Assembly: GCA_015486055.1 (NCBI GenBank)
Contig: WFSJ01000034.1
Coordinates: 18,212 to 82,211, forward strand
Reading direction: 5' to 3'
Source: Acidobacteriota bacterium
Lineage (GTDB): Bacteria; Acidobacteriota; Aminicenantia; S016-38
DNA: 64,000 nucleotides
Below the pieces are notes generated by a model. That model saw only the letters and a program-made list of their open reading frames with translations. It was not told where the DNA came from and searched no databases. Of the stretch, positions 47,364-55,351 are shown piece by piece; the first letter of the stretch is position 1, and the number at the start of each line of letters is the position of its first letter. The translations under genes were made by a program, and so were the position numbers.

Positions 47364-48343
47364 AAAGAAAGATTAGAGTTTTACTTTCCTCTATTCTTGC
47401 CATAGCTCTCCTTTACATTTTTTTCAGGGGAACGGATTTTTCAAAATTTGCAGAGGCCATTAAAAAGGCAAACTTACTCTATCTTCTTGGGTTTTCCCTT
47501 TACCTTCCCCTATATTATTTCCTAAGGGCAGTGAGATGGCAAATCCTTTTTCCAAAAGGTTCCTACCGTTTAAAAACTTTCTTTATGGCAAATATAATAG
47601 GATTTTCCATAAACTACTTGCTTCCGGGAAGGGTAGGAGAAATTGGAAGAGCTCTTTATGTGGGAAAAAAGGGTAAAAATTCCTCAAGCTATTCCCTTGG
47701 AACAGTTGTAGTTGAAAGGTTCTTTGATGCCTTTTCAGTGGGTCTCCTTTTACTATTCTACGTTCTTTTATACCCTGTGAGAAATGGGAAACTTCGGGAG
47801 AGCCTCTTTACCATAATTTGGGTTACCTTAGCTGCTTCTATCCTTCTCATTATTGGTATAATACTCGTGGAAGTCATGATAAAAAAAGAAGTTAAAGCCC
47901 CATTTTATTTTCTGCTAAATCTCTTTCCAAAAAAGCTTAGGGAAAAAATTAAGAACTCTATAAAGTCACTCATATACGGGATGAATTTTCTTAAACCCCT
48001 AAGCAGGGCGTTGTATTTCGTCTTCTGGGGAATTATCGTCTGGTCCGCTGTTGCATTTCAATACTGGCTTGGACTCAGAGCTTTCTCGATCAACAGGCCT
48101 TCGGTAGAACTAATCCCTTTCACTGCTGTCCTTTTAGTTGGCGCTTCTATCCCTACTCCAGCTATGACGGGAGGTTTTGAAGTCGCCTCAAAATTCTTCC
48201 TCGTGGAAATTTGGCATTATAACAGTGATACAGCTGTTGCAGCCACATTAACTTTACATTTTCTACTCCTCTTGATAACGCTTTCCATGGGTGCAGCCGT
48301 CGGGATAAAAGAAACTATAAGTCTCTGGAGAAATGAAAAATGA
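47360..48343 (+). CDS. flippase-like (UPF0104 / LPG-synthase-TM family) membrane protein
   Basis: 327 aa with about 8 TM helices. The N-terminal FFRGTDFSKF...LRAVRWQIL motif matches the lysylphosphatidylglycerol-synthase TM region family. It is linked by 4-nt overlaps on both sides. Confidence 0.65.
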   Translation: MKRKIRVLLSSILAIALLYIFFRGTDFSKFAEAIKKANLLYLLGFSLYLPLYYFLRAVRWQILFPKGSYRLKTFFMANIIGFSINYLLPGRVGEIGRALYVGKKGKNSSSYSLGTVVVERFFDAFSVGLLLLFYVLLYPVRNGKLRESLFTIIWVTLAASILLIIGIILVEVMIKKEVKAPFYFLLNLFPKKLREKIKNSIKSLIYGMNFLKPLSRALYFVFWGIIVWSAVAFQYWLGLRAFSINRPSVELIPFTAVLLVGASIPTPAMTGGFEVASKFFLVEIWHYNSDTAVAATLTLHFLLLLITLSMGAAVGIKETISLWRNEK

Positions 48344-48795
48344 AATGTCCATACTGCGGTGTTAACAAAGATAGAGTAATAGACAGTCGGGAGATAAAGG
48401 AAGGAAGAGAAATAAGGAGGAGAAGGTTATGCCTAAATTGTGGAAAGAGGTTCACTACTTACGAGAGGATAGAGATAATTCCCATTATGGTCATAAAGAA
48501 GGACGGGAGGAGGGAACCTTACCAGAGGGAAAAATTAATAAAGGGACTTTTAAAGGCTTGCGAAAAGAGACCCATCCCCTCTGATGAATTAGAGAGAATA
48601 GCTAATGAGGTGGAAAATCTTCTTCAGGAAGCAACAAGGGGGGAAATCAAATCTAGGGAAATAGGGGAAAGAATAATGAAAGAACTCAAAAAGCTCGATC
48701 AGGTAGCATATGTGAGGTTTGCATCTGTCTATAAGGAGTTTAGGGACCTTGAGGAATTTTACAGGGAGCTTGAAGAACTAAGGAGGGAAAAATGA
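48340..48795 (+). CDS. nrdR: transcriptional repressor NrdR
   Basis: MKCPYCG...DSR...RRRLCLNCGKRFTTYE is a zinc ribbon. It is followed by an ATP-cone (IMVIKKDGRREPY...). Confidence 0.9.
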   Translation: MKCPYCGVNKDRVIDSREIKEGREIRRRRLCLNCGKRFTTYERIEIIPIMVIKKDGRREPYQREKLIKGLLKACEKRPIPSDELERIANEVENLLQEATRGEIKSREIGERIMKELKKLDQVAYVRFASVYKEFRDLEEFYRELEELRREK

Positions 48796-49151
48796 GCTCT
48801 GAATTGGAAGATGAGGTTCAAGTTTGGGGAAGTTGGTCTCCGCCCGTGGATATAAGAATAAGCACAGAAAAATTGAGAATTTTTGTGGAAGTTCCTGGAG
48901 TAGATTCTTCATCTCTCCTTTTAAGAATAGAGGGTAACCAGCTAATAGTGGAAGGAAGGAAAATGCCCCCAAGAGCAAAGAAAATCTTGTTTACGGAAAG
49001 AGAGTATGGGGATTTTTCTGTAATGATAAAATTGAACGAGGAAGTCCTCACGGACACGGGAACTGCAAAATTAGAAAATGGAGTCCTTGAAATAGATTTC
49101 AAAAGGAGAAAAAGAAACTTCACCTTGAAACTGGAGGAAAAAGATGAGTGA
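48792..49151 (+). CDS. Hsp20/alpha-crystallin family small heat-shock protein
   Basis: It has the WSPPVDI...VEVPGVD...L.VEG...EREYGDF...LP..V......A.LENGVLEI pattern of the alpha-crystallin domain. Confidence 0.8.
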   Translation: MSSELEDEVQVWGSWSPPVDIRISTEKLRIFVEVPGVDSSSLLLRIEGNQLIVEGRKMPPRAKKILFTEREYGDFSVMIKLNEEVLTDTGTAKLENGVLEIDFKRRKRNFTLKLEEKDE

Positions 49152-51498
49152 CGAAACAATGGAAATTCCTGAAAAGATCCCAGTCCTTGCTGTGAGGGAT
49201 GTGGTGATCTTCCCTTACATGGTAATTCCTCTCTTTGTAAAAAGGGAAAAATCTTTAAAGGCTGTAAATCTAAGCCTTTCTACCCACAGGAAAATATTGC
49301 TCCTCACCCAGAAGGATCCTGAAATTGAAACTCCGAAAGCGGAAGACCTACATAAGGTTGGAACAGTGGCTATCATTTCAAAAATGATAACCCTTCCGGA
49401 TGGAACACTACGGGTTCTATTCCAGGGCTTATTAAGAGCAAAGGTAAAATCCATAAATACTGAAGGAGATTATGTAGAAGCAGAAATTGAAATAATAAAA
49501 GAGAAAATAGGGAAACATTCAGAGGTTGAAATTGAAGCTCTGAAAAGGAACCTCAAGGGAGCGCTTCAGAAAACAACAGAATTGGGGAAAGCTTTACCAG
49601 CCGATTTTCTGCTTTTCGTCTCAAATGTGGAGGACCCAAGTAAACTAACGGACATAATAATATCAAACTTGGGTATTAAAGCGGAAGAGGCCCAGAAAAT
49701 TCTTGAAATTTTTGACCCATTAGAAAGGATGAAAAAGGTCCTTGAAATCTTGGAAAAGGAAATAGAGCTTCTTCAGGTTCAGAAGAAAATACTTGATGAA
49801 ACCAAGGAAAGAATGGAAAAGATGCAGAAAGAATTCTTCCTTCGTCAACAGCTCCAATCAATCCAAAACGAACTTGGGATCGGAAGCGAGCTCTCAGAGG
49901 AAATAAAGGAATACAAGGGAAAACTAAGCAAGATCAAAAAAATATCAAAAGAGGTAAGAGAAGAAATCGAAAAGCAAATTTCAAGACTTGAAAAGGTCCC
50001 AAGCGAAAGCGCAGAAGCAGGGGTTATAAGAACATATATAGACTGGATGCTTTCCCTCCCTTGGGATAGCTCAACACGAGACAAACTCAATATCAATAGG
50101 GCAAAAAAAATACTTGACGAAGACCACTATGACCTTGATAAGGTAAAGCAAAGATTACTTGAATACCTCAGTGTAAGGAAATTGGCAAAAAAAATGAAGG
50201 GGCCAATTCTCTGTTTTGTTGGTCCTCCTGGAGTTGGAAAAACTTCCCTCGGAAAATCAATAGCAAGGGCCCTTGGAAGAAAATTTGTGAGGATTTCCCT
50301 CGGTGGAGTTCACGATGAGGCTGAGATAAGAGGACACAGGAGGACTTATGTAGGTGCTCTTCCTGGAAGAATAATCCAGGGCATAAAGCAGGCTAATTCG
50401 AACAATCCAGTATTTATGCTGGATGAAGTGGATAAGATAGGAGCAGATTTCAGAGGTGATCCTTCCTCCGCTCTACTTGAAGTCCTTGATCCAGAACAGA
50501 ACTTTTCATTTGTTGATCATTATCTCGGGGTTCCCTTTGACCTTTCAAAGGTTATTTTCATAACAACTGCCAATGTGACTCACACAATTCATCCAGCATT
50601 TCTTGATAGAATGGAAACAATATATCTTCCTGGATACACAGAGGAGGAAAAGATTCATATAGCAAAGAAATTCTTGATACCAAAACAGATGAAGGAAAAC
50701 GGAATAAACCCAAAGATGGTTAGAATAAGCGATGATGCACTGAGGAAGATAATTTCGGAATATACAAGGGAAGCAGGGGTAAGAAACCTTGAAAGACAGA
50801 TAGCATCATTAATGAGGAAGGTTGCAAGAAGATGGGCTGAAGGAAAGAAAGAACGAATAAGGATAACAAAAAGGAACCTTCACAAATTTCTGGGTCCGTC
50901 CATGATCTTCAGGGACGAGGCTCTGCCTTCCCCTCAAGTTGGAATAGCTACCGGCGTGGCCTGGACACCTACGGGAGGAACTCTACTATTTGTGGAGGCA
51001 ACAAAAATGGAGGGGAAAGGAGAACTGAGGCTAACCGGCTCCTTAGGAGATGTTCTTAAGGAATCTGCCTTAGCGGCATTAAGCCTTATAAAATCAAAGG
51101 CAAAAGAATTTGGAATAGATTCTAAGGTCTTCAGGGAAAGCGACATCCACATACACATTCCACAGGGAGCAATTCCAAAGGATGGGCCCTCTGCTGGAGT
51201 TGCAATAATCACATCCTTAGTTTCATTGCTCACGAACAAGCCCGTGAGAAATGATGTTGCTATGACAGGAGAGATAACATTAAGAGGTAGTGTTCTTCCA
51301 ATTGGAGGGCTGAAAGAGAAGATTCTCGCTGCCAAGAGGTCAAAGATCCACACATTCTTGCTGCCATCAAAGAATATGAAGGGTCTTGATGACCTGCCGA
51401 AATATGTAAAAGATAAGATGAATCTTATACCTGTGAACAATGTAAAAGAGGTAATAGATCTGGCAATCATTGATGAAAAGCGAAAGGGAAATAATTAA
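49144..51498 (+). CDS. lon: ATP-dependent Lon protease (La)
   Basis: It has the Lon N-terminal domain, AAA+ Walker A GPPGVGKTSLG and the protease domain with catalytic PKDGPSAGVAI. 784 aa. Confidence 0.95.
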   Translation: MSDETMEIPEKIPVLAVRDVVIFPYMVIPLFVKREKSLKAVNLSLSTHRKILLLTQKDPEIETPKAEDLHKVGTVAIISKMITLPDGTLRVLFQGLLRAKVKSINTEGDYVEAEIEIIKEKIGKHSEVEIEALKRNLKGALQKTTELGKALPADFLLFVSNVEDPSKLTDIIISNLGIKAEEAQKILEIFDPLERMKKVLEILEKEIELLQVQKKILDETKERMEKMQKEFFLRQQLQSIQNELGIGSELSEEIKEYKGKLSKIKKISKEVREEIEKQISRLEKVPSESAEAGVIRTYIDWMLSLPWDSSTRDKLNINRAKKILDEDHYDLDKVKQRLLEYLSVRKLAKKMKGPILCFVGPPGVGKTSLGKSIARALGRKFVRISLGGVHDEAEIRGHRRTYVGALPGRIIQGIKQANSNNPVFMLDEVDKIGADFRGDPSSALLEVLDPEQNFSFVDHYLGVPFDLSKVIFITTANVTHTIHPAFLDRMETIYLPGYTEEEKIHIAKKFLIPKQMKENGINPKMVRISDDALRKIISEYTREAGVRNLERQIASLMRKVARRWAEGKKERIRITKRNLHKFLGPSMIFRDEALPSPQVGIATGVAWTPTGGTLLFVEATKMEGKGELRLTGSLGDVLKESALAALSLIKSKAKEFGIDSKVFRESDIHIHIPQGAIPKDGPSAGVAIITSLVSLLTNKPVRNDVAMTGEITLRGSVLPIGGLKEKILAAKRSKIHTFLLPSKNMKGLDDLPKYVKDKMNLIPVNNVKEVIDLAIIDEKRKGNN

Positions 51499-52351
51499 GG
51501 AGCTTAAGAAAATCTTCCCGAAAGGAAAGGCTGATGTAGGTATAGGGGATGATGCAGCAGTATATAAAGATCTTATTTTTACAACTGACCTTTTAGTGGA
51601 AAATACACACTTCAAAAGATCTCATCCTCCTTATTTCCTCGGGAGAAAATCTGTTAATGTCAATATAAGCGATATTGCAGCCATGGGAGGCGAGCCCCTC
51701 TTTGTTCTTATGAGTCTTTCCATCCCGGGCAAGCTCACTGGGGAATGGCTTGATGAATTTCTAAAAGGTGTGAAAAGCTCCTGTGAAGAAAACAGTTGCA
51801 CATTGATTGGAGGAGATCTCTCAAGAGCAGAACATATATTCATATCCGTTACAGCAGTTGGAAAAACCAAAAATCCTGTGCTCAGAGGAACATCAAAAGA
51901 GGGGGAGTTAATCGTACTTGTCGGCGAGCTTGGTGCTTCGAGAGCAGGGAGAGAAACAATAGAGGAAGGTATAGACAAGTTTGAGAAATTGAGAATGGCA
52001 TTTCTTAATCCTATACCAAGGGTAAAGGAGGCAAGAACCATATCAAAGCAAGCAACTTCAATGATAGACATAAGTGATGGTCTTATAATTGACCTTAGGA
52101 GAATACTTGGGGGCAAAGGAGCAAAGCTTTATGAAAATTCCCTTATCCCCTCAGAAGAACTTGAGGAATTCTGCAAATTAAAGGGGAAAGACCCTCTTGA
52201 ATACATCCTTTACGGAGGGGAAGATTATGCCCTCTTATTTACCACAGGGGAAAAACCTCAAATAGGAAAAATCATTGGTAAAGTAGAAGGAAATGGAATT
52301 TTCCTCGGCGAAAGAAGGGTAGAAGAAAAGGGATTTGACCATTTCACTTGA
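51470..52351 (+). CDS. thiL: thiamine-monophosphate kinase
   Basis: It has the AIR-synthase-related fold with ADVGIGDDAAVY and DISDGL motifs typical of ThiL. It overlaps the lon stop by 29 nt. Confidence 0.8.
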   Translation: MMKSEREIIKELKKIFPKGKADVGIGDDAAVYKDLIFTTDLLVENTHFKRSHPPYFLGRKSVNVNISDIAAMGGEPLFVLMSLSIPGKLTGEWLDEFLKGVKSSCEENSCTLIGGDLSRAEHIFISVTAVGKTKNPVLRGTSKEGELIVLVGELGASRAGRETIEEGIDKFEKLRMAFLNPIPRVKEARTISKQATSMIDISDGLIIDLRRILGGKGAKLYENSLIPSEELEEFCKLKGKDPLEYILYGGEDYALLFTTGEKPQIGKIIGKVEGNGIFLGERRVEEKGFDHFT

Positions 52352-52403
52352 AATTCTTTCCAAATGTTCCTATAAATATATTGAAACTTTTTAAGGAGAT
52401 GCT

Positions 52404-53885
52404 ATGAAAATTTTAAGGATTTTAATTCTCTTCATTTCAAGTTTTTCATTCGTTCTTCCCAGAATGCTTCATTACGTGAGATCAGAAGGCATTGTATCCC
52501 TGGATCCCGCAAGAGAATGGGATATGTATACTTCTGAAGTTTTATCAAATATATACGAGGGTCTCGTAAGGTTTAAGGAAAACAAATACGAAGTGGAACC
52601 CCTCCTGGCAAAAAAATGGGAAATAAAAGATGGGGGAAAAAGATGGATATTCTATCTGAGAAAGGGAATAAAATTCCACGACGGAAGCATATTTAACGCA
52701 GACTCTGTCATATTCTCATTCCAGAGACAGGTAAGGGGGGGATTTTACACCTTCAAAACATTTTTCCCTTTTTTCAAAAACATAAGAAAAATAGACGATT
52801 ACACCATTGAAATAACTCAGGAAAAACCTTATGCTCCTTTCCTCTATGCCCTTGCCAATCCTGTCGCATTTATAATTTCTCCCAATTCTGAAAAAGGGGG
52901 AAATTTTATACCAATAGGAACAGGACCCTTCAAGTTTAAGGAATGGAAACCAGGAAATTACGTAATCCTTGAAGCCAATCCTGATTATTGGGGAAGTAAA
53001 CCAGAAATTGAGGGTGTTGTGTTTAACATAATGGAAAAGCCAAACTGGAGACTCCTCCAGTTAAAAAACGGTAATGCAGATGTTGTAACACTTAGTTCTG
53101 TTAAGGAATACGAAGAACTGAAGTCATATCCCCAAACGAATTTCATAATCCAGCCTCTACTTGATGTGAATTACCTCGTATTTAACACACAAAAAGCCCC
53201 TTTTAACAAGAGGAAAGTAAGGGAAGCGCTTTCCCATATAATAGACAAGAGAAAATTGATAAGATTGCTCTTTGAAGATCTGGCGATCCCTGCATCTTCT
53301 CCTATTCCTCCTTACCTGTGGGGATTCAACTCCTCCATAAAGGACTATAATTATGACCTCGCAAAGGCCAAGAAACTCCTGAGAGAAGCAGGCTATCCAG
53401 AAGGGTTTAGGTGCAATCTTTACCTGGCTTACGGGAGAAGTGACCTGAAGGATATTGTTATAAGATTCGTAAGGAACGCTACAAAAATTGGGGTTCATAT
53501 TCAGGTTATATTCTCACCATCATACGCAAAATTTGTTGAAGCTACAAAAAAGGGGCTCCATAACATTGCTGCTTTAGGATGGCTTGGAGATTTCCCTGAC
53601 CCTGACAATTTTCTTTATCCGCTATTTTCTTCCAACAGAGAGGAGAATCGCACCTTTTACAATTCTGTGGAGCTTGACTCCATCTTGAAGAAAGCAAGGG
53701 TGACAACGGACCGCAGAAAGAGGCTGAAGCTTTACCTTAAGGCTCAGGAAATAATCCACAAGGAGGTTCTCTGGATTCCTCTTTTCCATTCTACCCTGAT
53801 AGTGGCATATAATAAGAATATAAAAGGTTTGAGAGTAAACCCCAAGGGGTATTTGCTCTTTAACAAAGTGAGGTTTAGAAAATGA
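52404..53885 (+). CDS. family-5 (DppA/OppA/NikA-type) solute-binding protein, orphan
   Basis: It has a signal peptide, the SBP_bac_5 core (SLDPA...NIYEGLVRF...W....G..WIF.LRKGIKFHDG) and a C-terminal lobe. No permease or ATPase genes are adjacent. Confidence 0.8.
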   Translation: MKILRILILFISSFSFVLPRMLHYVRSEGIVSLDPAREWDMYTSEVLSNIYEGLVRFKENKYEVEPLLAKKWEIKDGGKRWIFYLRKGIKFHDGSIFNADSVIFSFQRQVRGGFYTFKTFFPFFKNIRKIDDYTIEITQEKPYAPFLYALANPVAFIISPNSEKGGNFIPIGTGPFKFKEWKPGNYVILEANPDYWGSKPEIEGVVFNIMEKPNWRLLQLKNGNADVVTLSSVKEYEELKSYPQTNFIIQPLLDVNYLVFNTQKAPFNKRKVREALSHIIDKRKLIRLLFEDLAIPASSPIPPYLWGFNSSIKDYNYDLAKAKKLLREAGYPEGFRCNLYLAYGRSDLKDIVIRFVRNATKIGVHIQVIFSPSYAKFVEATKKGLHNIAALGWLGDFPDPDNFLYPLFSSNREENRTFYNSVELDSILKKARVTTDRRKRLKLYLKAQEIIHKEVLWIPLFHSTLIVAYNKNIKGLRVNPKGYLLFNKVRFRK

Positions 53886-55351
53886 GGAGATTCTTTTTCT
53901 TTATTTCATTTCCAATCCTGGCATCTGCAATTTACTATGGTGCTTTGGGCGGACCTTTAAATCTTGACCCGCCGGCTCAGTGGGATTCCTCCTCCTCCTT
54001 AATAGTATCCAATCTTTACGATAGGCTCGTATATCTGGAACCGGATACTATCCAAATCAAACCTTCCCTTGCTGTAAGCTGGAAAATCAAGGATAACGGT
54101 CTAAGATGGGTCTTCAATCTGAGAAGGGGGGTTAAATTTTGCGATGGAACTTCCCTTGATGCAAGAGCAGTTGTTCTAAGCTTCAAAAGACAGATAGGGA
54201 AGTATCCTGCCTCTCTTTCTATTTTCCCCTATATAAAGGATGTAAAAGAAATAGGAAAAATGAGCGTGGAATTCATTCTTTCAAGGAAATTCTCGCCCTT
54301 TCTTTACACTTTAGCTACCCCTCAAGCCTCAATAATTTCGGCAAAGGCAATAGAAGAAAATGAAAAAGGACTCAAAAATAATCCTGTAGGAAGCGGACCT
54401 TATTATCTTGCTTCATGGGAAAAGGGAAAAAGATTGGTTCTTAAAACTAATCCTGAATACTGGAGGAAGATTCAAGGAGCGGATAAAATCATTTTTATAA
54501 TAGGAAGTTTCCAGAACCTTAACAATCTTTTCATAGAAGAAAAACTGGATATGATGGAAGCAGTTTCCATTTCCAAGGCAGAAACACTTAAAGACTCAAG
54601 GTTCTTTGCTCTCTTTTCAAAGCCATTGTTCTCCCTAGACTATATCGTTTTTAACCCCAAACATAGATGGGGGAAAAACCCAGTGGTGAGGGAAGCGTTA
54701 ACGAGGCTGTGGAATTCTCAGTGGGTTAAAACGATATTCGGGAACTATGTTGAAGAGGCTCATAATCTACTCCCAAAACCCTGGGAAAAGAACAGAAAAT
54801 GGGACCTTTTCTCTCCGAAAATAGCTGAGAGACTTATAAAATCCCATGGATTTTATGGGAAGATAAAGATAGACTTAATTTACTGCTGCGAAGATCCTCT
54901 TCTTTCAAGAGTTTTCAAGGCCTATTCCCTTGCTGCTAAGAAGGCAGGGGTTGAATTGGAGATAATCTCTCTAAAAGAGAAAAAATTTGAGGAGGAAGTT
55001 AAAGCTGGAGATTATGGAATGGCATATAGTAGCTGGATTCTTGATTATCCTGATCCTGATAGTCTATTTTACCCCTTAATATCCAAGGAACTTTTTGAGC
55101 TTGGCCTTCCTAATCTTCTTAGTTTTCAAGACCAAATCCTCAAGAAGTTGATATTAAAGGCAAGAGAGGAATATTCAGAAAAAAGGATGGAAATTTACAG
55201 GAAAGCAGAGACCAGGATGCGAAAGAAATACTACATAATTCCCGTTTCCAGAACTAAACTGATTCTGCTCTACAATAGGAGAGTGAAAAAGATTGTAGCT
55301 GACCCCATGGGCATAATAGATTTTTCCAAAATGATAAAAAATGAGCATTAA
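53882..55351 (+). CDS. family-5 solute-binding protein, orphan (paralogue of upstream gene)
   Basis: It has the same SBP_bac_5 architecture (NLDPP...NLYDRLVYL...W....G..W.FNLRRGVKFCDG). It overlaps both neighbours (4 nt and 11 nt). Confidence 0.8.
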   Translation: MRRFFFFISFPILASAIYYGALGGPLNLDPPAQWDSSSSLIVSNLYDRLVYLEPDTIQIKPSLAVSWKIKDNGLRWVFNLRRGVKFCDGTSLDARAVVLSFKRQIGKYPASLSIFPYIKDVKEIGKMSVEFILSRKFSPFLYTLATPQASIISAKAIEENEKGLKNNPVGSGPYYLASWEKGKRLVLKTNPEYWRKIQGADKIIFIIGSFQNLNNLFIEEKLDMMEAVSISKAETLKDSRFFALFSKPLFSLDYIVFNPKHRWGKNPVVREALTRLWNSQWVKTIFGNYVEEAHNLLPKPWEKNRKWDLFSPKIAERLIKSHGFYGKIKIDLIYCCEDPLLSRVFKAYSLAAKKAGVELEIISLKEKKFEEEVKAGDYGMAYSSWILDYPDPDSLFYPLISKELFELGLPNLLSFQDQILKKLILKAREEYSEKRMEIYRKAETRMRKKYYIIPVSRTKLILLYNRRVKKIVADPMGIIDFSKMIKNEH

